A stretch of 64,000 bases of DNA from Eledone cirrhosa (lineage: Eukaryota), in assembly GCA_964016885.1 (NCBI GenBank), contig OZ024757.1, positions 24,614,001-24,678,000 on the forward strand. The letters are read 5' to 3'. Of the stretch, positions 11,926-23,194 are shown one piece after another. Below the pieces are notes generated by a model. The model was not told the origin of the DNA and made no database searches. It worked only from the letters and a program-made list of their open reading frames with translations. Each line of letters begins with the position of its first letter. Position 1 is the stretch's first letter. The translations under genes were made by a program, and so were the position numbers.

Positions 11926-12306
11926 AGTACAAGGTAATTAATCTATATTACCTGAAGATGGTCCAGGTGAGGTATATAGGTTGAAATGTTAGTGTTAATA
12001 AAACAAATAAAGAAATATATTATTAAATAAACAAACAAACAAAAACAACAACAACCATATTAGTTTGGTTAATCAGCCATATTATTTTATTAATCCACAC
12101 ATCTGTGACTATTATGTCTGAGGAAGAAATAAGTTTCTTTAAAAATAATATTATATATATATAATCTTTTATTCTTTATTATATATGATAAATAGTAACT
12201 GGTTAAATAATAAAGTACATCTAGCATGCTGTTATATGTTAAGTGTTAAAGAATAGCTAAACATTTGCTACATATCAAAGATGAAATAATGCTCTTAGTT
12301 GTTATA

Positions 12307-12491
12307 CAGGGTGACTGGAAAGAAACTCCCTATCTAAAATTGTTAATAATTTTATTAATTATGGGTCGATTTTCATAAACCACTGACATAAAAACAGAAA
12401 TTAACAATGAAATTCTACCACTTTAGGGAACATTTATTTTGTTTCATGCAAATGTGGTGATATTAACAAAAGTTTCTTTCCACTCACGCTA
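12307..12491. mobile_element. Tc1/mariner-superfamily MITE related to the 49414 element
   Basis: TA|cagggtgactggaaagaaac ... gtttctttccactcacgc; left end shared with 49414. Confidence 0.6.
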
Positions 12492-13436
12492 TATACCATA
12501 CGTTAAATCATATATAACATGTTATAAATGAAATGTTAAAAAAATGTTCTCAAACTGTTATTACATATAATAAATGTAAGCTGTTATGTAACAAACATAC
12601 AACTGCTATTACATACAGTAAATTTAAGCTGTTATGTAGCAAAAATACAACTGTTATTACATACAGTAAATTTAAGCTGTTATGTAGCAAACATAAAACT
12701 TATTATATATAAACCACAATCTGTTATTAAACATTTCAGTAACTTACATATTTCTGTTCTTCTTTTGTCTTCACTAAAGCAGTTAAATAGTAACCATTAT
12801 TACCTAGCAACACATAGTTATGCATATATACACATACTAATATATATATTTATTAAAATAACAGATTAAAGTTTAAGCAAAGAATCGCTGCTTTCTTGCT
12901 TAAACTTTAATCTGTTATTTTAATAAATATTTGCTCTACGGTTCTTATATATTTGATATATATTTATCCTTATTGAGCCCTCTTTGGATTTTAGTTTTCA
13001 AATTTATTATTATTACTATATATATATATATATATATATATGTATGAATATATATATAAAATTGCTTGTTTGTTGGTCTGTTTGTTACCAATGCACTCAA
13101 AATCCAGTAAACCAATCATGTTCAAATTTGGCATGAAAGGTCCTTAGACTCAGCTGTAGGTTGTCCTCAAACTTGAACCTATGTTGTTTTAAGGAACAGG
13201 AGATAATCCTCATTCGACTGAAATTTGACTCGACAGTTAAATGGAAGTTAATGCAGTTTGTGTGTCACAGTGTTGTTAGTGTGTTGTTAGTGTGTTGTTA
13301 GTGTGTTAGTGGACGTGATCAATTCTTTCTACCTTCTACATGGTCAATTCTCTCTCTCTCACTCTCTCTCTCTCTCTCTAGTGCTACAATTTGGGGTATT
13401 TAAAAAAAACAAAACAAACGGTAACGTTTATTTTCA

Positions 13437-13627
13437 TAATTGTTTCTACTTTTGGCACAAGGCCAGCAATTATCCCAGTACATTACTGCTACTTTATTTT
13501 ATCGACCCCGTAAGGATGAAAGGCAAATTTAACCTCGGCGGGATTTGAACTCAGAATGGCTTTGACGCATAGAGTTACGGCCCTTGCCATTCTGAGTTCA
13601 AATCCCGCCGAGGTCAACTTTGCCTTT
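13437..13627 (-). mobile_element. SINE A fragment with an inverted partial copy
   Basis: cctcggcgggatttgaactcagaatggc ... gccattctgagttcaaatcccgccgagg hairpin. Confidence 0.7.
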
Positions 13628-13701
13628 ATATATATATATAACGCCGATGAATTAGTTTTGCGAGGTTTTTGATATGAAATCGTGTGTCGAAACAAATATA
13701 A

Positions 13702-14414
13702 ATATACTTGGGGAGGGTCATATTTATGTAATAATATTGCCAGAATTAATAACAGAACACACTGTTTGGTTGGTTTTCGCTTCTGTGTCTTTTACATCGG
13801 TTAATTTAATTTATTCAGTCCTCAATGTTGCCACTGACTGATCAATGGTCAAAAATACAGATACAATATAGACACAAACACATATATATAGTCTAACAAA
13901 ATTCTTTCGCTGCACATCTGCAACATCGTCAGTGGTGCTATTATGTTTCCTCCTGTTGTATTGTATGCCTATGCCATCTTTATTTAGTCTGTTTATTTAT
14001 TTATTTTTTTTGTGTGTGTCTTCTCTGCGCATGCGTTTGCGCGTGTGTATAGTGTTTTGTTATACACACATGCAAATGCATGCGCAGAGAAGACAAAAAA
14101 ACAAAAAATAAATAAATAAACAGACTAAATAAGGATGGCGTAGGCATACAATACAACAGGAGGAAACATAATAGCAACATTGACGATGTTGCAGATGTGC
14201 AACGAAAGAACTTTGTTAGACTATATATATGTGTTTGTGTCTATATTGTATCTGTATTTTTTACCGTTGGTCAGTCAATGGCAACATTGAGGACCGAATA
14301 AATTAAATTAACCGATGTAAAAGACACAGAAGCGAAAACCAACCAAACAGTGAGTGTGTTCTGTTATTAATTCTGGCAATATTATTACACAAATATGACC
14401 CTCCCCAAGTATAT
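13702..14414. mobile_element. Fold-back Penelope-like pLTR pair, family A
   Basis: ~350-bp diverged inverted arms matching the sequence downstream of the GIY-YIG ORFs at 28300-28580 and 46570-46890; hammerhead motifs at about 13895-13936 (-) and 14175-14217 (+). Confidence 0.8.
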
Positions 14415-14532
14415 ATATATATATATAATATATATATTACACTCTGTATAGCTGTACCCCTCAACAGAGAAGTGAACCTAAACATCGAGTGCTCACCCGG
14501 GTGAACCTGCAGTAACTCCAAGTTACACCCTC

Positions 14533-14579
<47 letters not shown>

Positions 14580-15896
14580 TATGTGTGTGTCTAATGACAC
14601 ACACATACTGCATGAATTTCCATAACGATCAAGTCAAATTTTTAGTAAATAGACCTTCATTTGGAAGATGGTCTCAAAGCTAGGACAATGAACCTGACCT
14701 CCAAATTACATGAAAACAGATTTGACTTCCAAATCATGCAAACACATTTCCTTTTTCAGAAAATGGAACAATTTGGCTGCCTTCCCAGGCACGTCGATAC
14801 CACGTATCTTTCAAATTTTACCATAGTTACCCCCTTTCCAAAAAATGTCCGTCTCCAGTTCGAAAAACAGATGGCCCTAGTTAGGTTTGGGCTTAGGGTT
14901 AGGTAGTCCCACGAAAGAAAACTAATTTTTTTTAAAGAAAACTCCATGGAAGGGGAAAAATCCAAGGGTCCACCCTCTCTTCTCCTTCCATTTTCTGGGG
15001 GGGGGGGGGAATCATTTGGAGCATAGTTGGAGATGAGAGTAATTGATAGCTCATGACAAACCAAGGAAAAATAATTATTTCCAACAAAAATTGAGGGGGG
15101 TGTTCTAAAAATTTAACAAATTTTTATCATAATTTACTTTTATGGGTGTTCTATTTCAAATTTATTATTATTGTTGATTTCACAGAATTTGTTATGCCAA
15201 TAATATTAGAATCACTAATCACAATAAGTATTAAGAAAATATATGAAGTCTTGAATAAAATTTCCTTATTTTCTTTAACCCAGGCAATGTTGGGTACTTC
15301 TGCTAGTATATCATCATCCTCATCATCACCGGTTTACGTCTGTTCTTCCATGCTAGCATGGGTTAGATGGGTTGTCCTGTTGTGGGCAGTGTCCGGTTGG
15401 TTGACCTTGTCTTGCTCATACGGGAACTGATTCTGGCTTGATTTCTACAGCTGGATGCCCTTCCTAACACCAACCTCATTTACAGTGTGGGCTGGGTGCT
15501 TTTTTGCCGTGGCACCTCCACAACCACTTTGCAGTGGGAGGGTGTGGGGGCATATTGTATATATATATATATATGTATATGTACATTTATATATATGTAC
15601 ATGTATATATATATAATCAGTTCCCGTATGTGCAAGACAAGGTCAGCCGACCGGACACTGCTCACAAGACAACCTGTCTAACCCATGCTAGCATGGAAGA
15701 ATGGACGTAAAATGGTGATTATGATGATGATGATGATATATATATATATATATAATTAAAAGTTTAACAAGGTTCAATGAATTCATCAATGAATAAAGTT
15801 TCACAATCGATTAGAAGCACTCTACAGTAGGGTTTTCTGGAGTTATTAATATTACTTCAAAATATTAATAAATATAGACATTCATGTGATTAAATA

Positions 15897-15962
15897 TATT
15901 TTATTATACATATTTCAGAGATACTGAGCTATTTCAACAGTACGTCCTCATCAGATAAAATA
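15897..15962 (-). ncRNA. Type I hammerhead ribozyme (mirror copy)
   Basis: Reverse complement of 16446-16511. Confidence 0.75.
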
Positions 15963-16445
15963 AGTTGATGTCTGACATACCTTGACTATGTTGATGGTTA
16001 TAATTTAGTCATGGCAGTGATTAGTTATGACAAAACTCGATATTTATATACCTTAAGTTGAAACATGAAAAATTACATATAATACAGTGTGTGCGTATGA
16101 GAATGTGTAAAAAGATATATAAATAATTAATAATATATAATACATAAACTTATATAACTGTTAAAAATTTAAATAATAATAATATATTCATACCTCATTA
16201 TTGTTGATAATGAGGTATGAATATATTATTATTATTTAAATTTTTAACAGTTATATAAGTTTATGTATTATATATTATTAATTATTTATATATCTTTTTA
16301 CACATTCTCATACGCACCCACTGTATTATATGTAATTTTTCATGTTTCAACTTAAGGTATATAAATATCGAGTTTTGTCATAACTAATCACTGCCATGAC
16401 TAAATTATAACCATCAACATAGTCAAGGTATGTCAGACATCAGCT

Positions 16446-16511
16446 TATTTTATCTGATGAGGACGTACTGTTGAAATAGCTCAGTATCTCTGAAATATGT
16501 ATAATAAAATA
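16446..16511 (+). ncRNA. Type I hammerhead ribozyme
   Basis: tattttat CTGATGA ggacgtactg..cagtatctct GAAA tatgta TA ataaaata; 8-bp stem I; predicted cut after 16503. Confidence 0.78.
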
Positions 16512-17292
16512 TATTTGATCACATGAATGTCTATATTTATTAATATTTTGAAGTAATATATATATATATATATATTTAAATTATTGATGTATTGTTTTAT
16601 TGATATTTTTTATCTGTTTGTCCCGAATCTTCTATTATCGATTTTTTATCGTATGGTTGATTGTAGACTTGTTCTATATGTGACGGTATTTTAACGATAG
16701 TTATAGCTCTGATTCATCTGAATTATTGAGCCCTCTGCCGCTCATTTTGAATTTTGTTTATCGTGAACTCGTGCGCCGATTTTTCGATACTCGATCTTTC
16801 TAATATATATATATATATATCATGCAACATGTGTTCTGTGCATGTGTGGATATATTTTGTAGAGGGGAATTAGTGGCTTTCATTCAGGATTAACCAAATC
16901 TTTGAATTTATTGTTGTTGCTGTTTTTATTGTTGTTGTTTGTTCTTCGTTCTTCTTTCGTTGTTGCTGTTTTTATTGTTTTTAGTTTCTCCTTATTTCTC
17001 ATTTCTTTTTCATTTTTTTTTGTGTGTTTCTTTGTTTGCTTTTTTTCTTTAAATTGATCTCCACGGAACTTGTCCACCTGTCCACTCATTCATATATCAT
17101 TTATTGTTGTTCTGGAAGTATGGAAGTGTGAAAACATCCATGTGTCTATGGACATTCTATGTCCTGAGAATTTTTTACTAACTTCTGCCAAACATATCAT
17201 TGGATGGGTTTATCAGATGGTATAGTTGTTGTTGTTGTTGGAGAGGCAAAAAAAAAAAAAAGGAAAAAAAAAAACCCCTGGTCACACAGGTT

Positions 17293-17717
17293 TTAAGCTT
17301 GCTCATACTGTGGTTGAGGTCTGCGGCAGTAGTAGAAGAGATAGAGAAGACATAGAAGCAGGATGGCAATTGCAATTCCGGCTGCAATTCCACCACCAAA
17401 TGATGCACCACTGAACGAGCTGGCTTCAGTTGTGTTAGGGATCACAGTGCTTTTGTGGTGAGTGGTGTGGTTGCTAGGTAAGGGGGTGGTGTGGTTGCTA
17501 GGTAAGGGGGTGGTGTGGTTGCTAGGTAAGGGGGTGGTGTGGTTGCTAGGTAAGGGGGTGGTGTGGTTGCTAGGTAAGGGGGTGGTGTGGTTGCTAGGTA
17601 AGGGGGTGGAGTGCTTGCTAGTGGGTGTGGACTTGGTGGAGTGGTGGCTAGTGGATGTGATGGTAGTGTTAAAGACTATTACTGTGGTCGTGACACTTCT
17701 GCTAGTTGAAGATTTCT
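17293..17717 (-). CDS. Terminal exon of a CD164/porimin (TMEM123)-like sialomucin: mucin stalk, TM helix and short tail
   Basis: Acceptor ttttgtgcaatttcag, phase 1; S/T/P-rich stalk, then FSGASFGGGIAAG (compare the FDxxSFxGGI motif of CD164/porimin), hydrophobic helix and RRPQPQYEQA*. Confidence 0.82.
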
Positions 17718-17794
17718 CTGAAATTGCACAAAAAATAAAATAAAATAAAACAAAAAATAAACATATAAAAGAAAAAAAAGCAAGAAGACTAGAT

Positions 17795-18845
17795 GGAGTG
17801 GTATGGCATAGCATGGTATGGTAGGTATGGTATGGCATGGCATGGCATGGCATGGCATGGTATGGCATAGCATGGTATGGTAGGTATGGTATGGTATGGC
17901 ATGGCATGGCATGGCATAGCATGGTATGGCATAGCATGGTATGGTAGGTATGGTATGGCATGGCATGGCATGGCATGGCATGGCATGGCATAGCATGGTA
18001 TGGTAGGTATGGCATGGCATGGCATGGCATGGCATGGCATGGTATGGCATGGCATAGCATGGTATGGTAGGTATGGTATGGCATGGCATGGCATAGCATG
18101 GTATGGCATGGCATGGCATAGCATGGTATGGTAGGTATGGTATGGTATGGCATGGCATGGCATGGTATGGCATGGCATAGCATGGTATGGCATGGCATGG
18201 CATAGCATGGTATGGTAGGCATGGCATGGCATGGCATGGTATGGTAGGTATGGTATGGCATGGCATGGCATGGTATGGCATGGCATAGCATGGCATGGCA
18301 TGGCATGGCATAGCATGGTATGGTAGGTATGGTATGGTATGGCATGGTATGGCATGGCATAGCATGGCATGGTATGGCATGGCATGGCATAGCATGGTAT
18401 GGTAGGTATGGTATGGCATGGCATGGCATAGCATGGTATGGTAGGTATGGTATGGCATGGCATGGCATGGCATAGCATGGCATAGCATGGTATGGTATGG
18501 TACGGTATGGTATGGTATGGCATGGTATGGTATGGCATGGCATGCATGGCATGGTATGGCATGGCATGGTATGGTATGGTAAGGCATGGTATGGTATGGT
18601 ATGGCATGGTATGGTAAGGTATGGTATGGTATGGTATAGTATAGTATGGTACGGTATGGCATGGCATGGCATGGTATGGCATGGTATGGCATGGTATGGC
18701 ATGGTATGGCATGGTATGGCATGGTATGGTATGGTATGGTAAGGTATGGTATGGTATGGCATGGTATGGTAAGGCATGGTATGGTATGGTATAGTATAGT
18801 ATGGTACAGTATGGTATGGTATGGTATGGTATGGCATGGTATGGC
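17795..18845. repeat. (ATGGT/ATGGC)n pentanucleotide satellite
   Basis: Directly visible; lies just upstream of the sialomucin acceptor. Confidence 0.95.
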
Positions 18846-19453
18846 CCTGTAACTCCAGAGGGAGTTGTAGGATGCCTTAGCAGCATACAGCATTTCTTGG
18901 ACATTTTTTAAGCGTGGCAAAGCTCCTCTCTCTCTCTCCAGGACTGAACACAGCAGATATCTTCAGAGAAGGATATAAAGTGAGAGAGAGAGAGAATTAG
19001 AGAGAGATAGAGTAAGAATCAACCCTAGTATTTGACTGTTACATTCTTTATCAACCTCAAAAGGATGGAAGGCAAAGTTGACCTCAGTGGGATTTGAACT
19101 CAGAAAGCAGAGAGTCAGAATGAATATCACAAACCATTTTATCTGACATTCTAATGGCTCTGCCAATTCACCTCCCTACAAGATGGAGTAAAATAGAACA
19201 AAGAGGAGACACAAAGCAATAAAAATAGTCATTGAGGAGGTCACAGGATGTGTGACAAAAGAAGTCTGGCAATTAACATGACAACAATTAAACAACCATC
19301 TGGTTACTAAACTATCTGCTGAATAGATTAGTTATTCAACTAATAATATACTAAAGTGACATTTAACCGGTGCTTGTGTTTTTACTAACAGTGAGACTCT
19401 CCCGATGTATAACTACATATCATCCTCATCATCATCGTTTAACATCCATCTTC

Positions 19454-19497
<44 letters not shown>

Positions 19498-19726
19498 GAT
19501 AGATAGATAGATTTCTTTATTTACCATAAAGGCATAAAAAGAAGGGACAAATACAAAGGGGGAGTTTACATATAATCGAGTAAAAAGGGTGTAACATGAA
19601 AATAATCGAAAATAACCTCAAAAGGGAGGGGACGTGATGGGGGTTGCACACACCCCCGAAAAAGTGTGCAATCCTTTGCCCGGGGAGCACATGGAGAAGG
19701 TGCTCCCCTCTCCTTTACTTCTTTAC

Positions 19727-22700
19727 CTACAGGATGGTATACAGAGAAGGCCCATTTACACGAGCCATTCTCGCCACTATCACCCACCTTTCATAAAACT
19801 GCTTGTGGCCAAGCACCTCTCTCTCCATTCTTATCCTTCTTCCGAAGTGATATCGGAAGTAGACCAGACTATGGCCAGAGAGGAAGTTGCCTGACCTCAG
19901 ACCTTTCAATCGTGTCCACCAAACAACCTCTCTCAACATGGCTATTACGCACAGAAAAACCGCCTTTGCTTCCTTTGTGAAGAGGGGAGGCGGTTTGATT
20001 GTCATCATGGACTCGGCGGTCAATTTAATCGGCGCCACCCGCGACAGCAGTCGTTCGGCGTAGCCCCACAGATCAGCCACGCCCGGACATTGCACCAATG
20101 CGTGCGCAACGGTTTCTTCGTGACGCACGCATCTAGGGCAAATCTTTTTTGAGGGATCCCTGCCCGGGCGCCCGTGTCTGTAGAGCCTCTCTCGAACGGG
20201 TAGAGCCCCCCGGTAGCACTGCCAGGCCAGTGACTTCTGGAAGTTGTCCATTGGTCCTGGGCCGAAAGTCCTACCGAACAGGCTGGCCAGTTCGTCTTCT
20301 TCCATGTCCAGCGACTCTCCAAGGGTGTCATCGCTCCTGCTAGCCACCAGCCCTCTATAGAATGCTGAGGTGGATTCTCCACCGATGGCCCGGCCCGGTT
20401 GCCAGAGAGCCCTGAGCGCCTGAGCACACTCAGTGTGCCAGTCTCCCAGTTTTCCGGATCTTTGCTTGACCCAGGACTGTAGCTCGGTGAGCGAGACGAG
20501 TCTCGGAAAGGCTCGTTTCACGAACGGAGCCCACACCGGTTGACCAGTGAGGAATACCTGTAGGTGCCGTAGCCTTAATGCGTGCCTACGCATCATCAAC
20601 CACGGCATCCCCAGCCCTCCTTTCGAAGGTTGTTGGCAGCAGATGGATCTTCTCACCATAGGAGGACGCTTCTTCCAAAGAAATTGGAAGAGCATGCGTT
20701 CCATGGTGGTGAGTGTTTCCTTAGGGCAAGGCACGACAGTCAGGCGGTAGTAAGTGACGGACGCTATGTAAATGTTCGCCACCTCCGCCCGGCCTTTTAG
20801 GGACAGCTTACACTTGGCCCATTTCTGGGTTAGTGCAAACACCTTGTTCGTAACCTCGTTCCAGTTCTTTTCCACCTGGAGGTCCGGTCCAAACCAGACC
20901 CCAAGCAACTTTACCGGGCCCTCCGTCCAGTGTCCGACGACACCGTCAGGAGGCATCGGTCTGCCTCTCCACGTTCCGAGTTGCAGCCCGATGGATTTTT
21001 CCCGGTTCAGTTTCGCTCCTGACAACCTTTCGTACTCCTCCAGTAAGGTACCGATCGCCTCGATCTCCGAGTCGGTTGATACCATTACTGTTACGTCATC
21101 GGCGTAGGCCGACACCGCTTTGCTCAATCCTGGTTCCAGGGGGATACCCTGCAACAACTCCAACTTCCTCAGTAAAGGCTCGAGAGTCAATACGTACAGA
21201 AGGGAGGAGAGAGGGCACCCCTGTCGAATGGATCGTGTGATTTCGAATGGCTTCGAAAGGTAGCCGTTCACCTTGATCCTAGAACAGATGTGGTTGCTAT
21301 GTAGGGCAGTGATCCAGCCTCTGAAAACAGGACCGAACCCAGCCGCCGCTAGCACCGCATCCAGGTAACCATGGTCGACCCTATCGAAGGCCTTAGACTG
21401 ATCCAAGTTGATCAGGGCCCCACCGAAGCCGGGTTTGTTGCCAACCCTCTCTATGATGTATCGCATGAGGTGGAGGTTATCGTGAATGGACCTGGATGGG
21501 ATAGCACATGTCTGCGCATCTCCCACCAGGCCACCCACGACAAGCGCCAACCTCTTTGCTAACACCTTGGCCAAAATCTTTAACTCTGTGTTTAGCAGGG
21601 TTATGGGCCGAAAATTATTTATACTATCCCCCTTGTTCTCGTCCTTCCTCACCAGCGTGACTACGCCCTTGGCTACAGAACAAGGAATTCTCCCGTTCTG
21701 CCGCCAATTGCAGTAGACCGCTTCGAGGAGTTCGGAGAAGAAGACCGGCATTGCTAAATAAAGTTCGTAAGGTATACCATCGAGACCTGGAGATTTGCGT
21801 CTGCTGCATTGGCTCAGCGCATCTCCGATCTCATCAGCCGAGATTGGTCCCTCGCAGGACTCTGCCTCTTCGCTCGAGAGACGCGGCAGGCCGTCGAGGT
21901 ATGGACTGAAATCCCCACCCCCGCCCGGACCCTCGCCTCCCCCGAACAATCGGGCAAAGTGCCTTTGAAAGGCCTCGCACATCTGCTTAGGCTCCCGGAT
22001 CACCCGTCCATCTTCGTCTTGCAACGACCGGATGGTGGATCGATTTCCACTCTTAGCTTCTGTCACGCGGGCCCATCCAACGGCTTTGGCCCCCTCATTA
22101 CTTAGAGCACGTATTTTACTTCGAATGACGCAGCCTTCGTGCTTTGCATCGAAAAACTGGTTCAAGGCCGTCCTCGATGCCAGCACTCTGGCCACATCTT
22201 CGCTCTTGATTGCCTCTTCTAATTTACCTGTTAATTCTTTCTCGTTTCTATTCCTATCGGCAGCTAACATCTTGCTATAACTTATTGATTCTGTTCTAAT
22301 CTCTCTTTTGAGAGATGCCCACCATCGGTTGTTGACGATTGCACCCGTCAACCTCTCCTTAACTAATCTGCTAATCCGGTTTCTGTAAGTCTCTTTTGCC
22401 GGTAAGGACAAATTAAGTTTCCAGTAACCGGGACCCTGTTTATGTGTTTTCTCGAGATTGACCACGCAGGTCACTAATTTGTGATCCGTGTAGCCAGCCG
22501 TGCGCATTTCTGGACAGCTTAATATGTCCCTATCCTTACTTCTAACTAAGAATCTATCTAAGTACGATCTAGATTGACCACTGTGGTTTCTCCAAGTCCA
22601 GGTAGGCACAGTTGGAAAATCTAGTCGATATCTATCGACCAAGTTAAAACGGTCGAGTAACCCCTTGAGGCTGTTACACCCCCCTCTATTAGGACATGCT

Positions 22701-23161
22701 CCTGCATAGTCCCAACGTGCATCCAGGATGTCATTCCAATCCCCCGCTAGAAGCAGGGAACGTGACGTTCCCAGAAAAGTCTCCAAACGCTGGAAGAAGT
22801 CGGGCCGTTCAGCTCCGAAAGGGGAGTAGACGGCGACCAGTCTCAAGGCCGCATTTTCACTACTGCCAACGTCTAGCACCAACAAACGACCCCCCGGGTC
22901 CGAGTGCACAACCTGTACGGCAAGACCCAGGTGTTTTTGCAGCAGTACGACAACCCCACCCCCACCTCCAGGTTGACAGAGAGATGCATGCACCTCAAAG
23001 TCATCGAAGGTGGGGGCCAGCTGCCGCACGACGCTGATTCGAGTCTCACAGATAACCATTACATTTATACCACATGACCTGAGGTCATTTAGAAGCTTTG
23101 CTTGCTTCCAAGTTGAGCCCAGGCCACGTGCATTCAAACATCCTACTCTTAACACATCCAT
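19727..23161 (-). CDS. ORF2: APE endonuclease, reverse transcriptase and C-terminal zinc motif, 1144 aa, uninterrupted
   Basis: LNARGL, CETR, GDWN, TDH (endonuclease); KSPGLDG, FRPITLLN, DQSKAFDRV, QGCPLS, YADD (RT); CPRC..ETVAHALVQC. Confidence 0.95.
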   Translation of the reverse strand: MDVLRVGCLNARGLGSTWKQAKLLNDLRSCGINVMVICETRISVVRQLAPTFDDFEVHASLCQPGGGGGVVVLLQKHLGLAVQVVHSDPGGRLLVLDVGSSENAALRLVAVYSPFGAERPDFFQRLETFLGTSRSLLLAGDWNDILDARWDYAGACPNRGGCNSLKGLLDRFNLVDRYRLDFPTVPTWTWRNHSGQSRSYLDRFLVRSKDRDILSCPEMRTAGYTDHKLVTCVVNLEKTHKQGPGYWKLNLSLPAKETYRNRISRLVKERLTGAIVNNRWWASLKREIRTESISYSKMLAADRNRNEKELTGKLEEAIKSEDVARVLASRTALNQFFDAKHEGCVIRSKIRALSNEGAKAVGWARVTEAKSGNRSTIRSLQDEDGRVIREPKQMCEAFQRHFARLFGGGEGPGGGGDFSPYLDGLPRLSSEEAESCEGPISADEIGDALSQCSRRKSPGLDGIPYELYLAMPVFFSELLEAVYCNWRQNGRIPCSVAKGVVTLVRKDENKGDSINNFRPITLLNTELKILAKVLAKRLALVVGGLVGDAQTCAIPSRSIHDNLHLMRYIIERVGNKPGFGGALINLDQSKAFDRVDHGYLDAVLAAAGFGPVFRGWITALHSNHICSRIKVNGYLSKPFEITRSIRQGCPLSSLLYVLTLEPLLRKLELLQGIPLEPGLSKAVSAYADDVTVMVSTDSEIEAIGTLLEEYERLSGAKLNREKSIGLQLGTWRGRPMPPDGVVGHWTEGPVKLLGVWFGPDLQVEKNWNEVTNKVFALTQKWAKCKLSLKGRAEVANIYIASVTYYRLTVVPCPKETLTTMERMLFQFLWKKRPPMVRRSICCQQPSKGGLGMPWLMMRRHALRLRHLQVFLTGQPVWAPFVKRAFPRLVSLTELQSWVKQRSGKLGDWHTECAQALRALWQPGRAIGGESTSAFYRGLVASRSDDTLGESLDMEEDELASLFGRTFGPGPMDNFQKSLAWQCYRGALPVRERLYRHGRPGRDPSKKICPRCVRHEETVAHALVQCPGVADLWGYAERLLSRVAPIKLTAESMMTIKPPPLFTKEAKAVFLCVIAMLREVVWWTRLKGLRSGNFLSGHSLVYFRYHFGRRIRMEREVLGHKQFYERWVIVARMARVNGPSLYTIL

Positions 23162-23194
23162 GTGGGCGGCAGAGCCAAAGGAGAGTGTAGAGAC

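Larger units (their letters stand above)
15849..16559. repeat. Near-perfect 711-bp palindrome carrying paired hammerheads
   Basis: ~353-bp arms, 5-nt loop at 16202-16206, three mismatches seen by eye. Confidence 0.92.

Noticed and set aside
11950-12150. Additional CTGAAGA and CTGAGGA cores (also 41264)
   Set aside because: Stem pairing or the GAAA box could not be completed, so they are not called as ribozymes.
14880-14905. ttaggtttgggcttagggttagg as an interstitial telomere
   Set aside because: Fewer than two perfect TTAGGG units; too short to support.
17718-18920. PYHAM/CHTIP-repeat ORFs, including the N-terminal part of the 514-aa ORF
   Set aside because: A pentanucleotide satellite open in all frames; a clear acceptor at 17718 marks it as intron.
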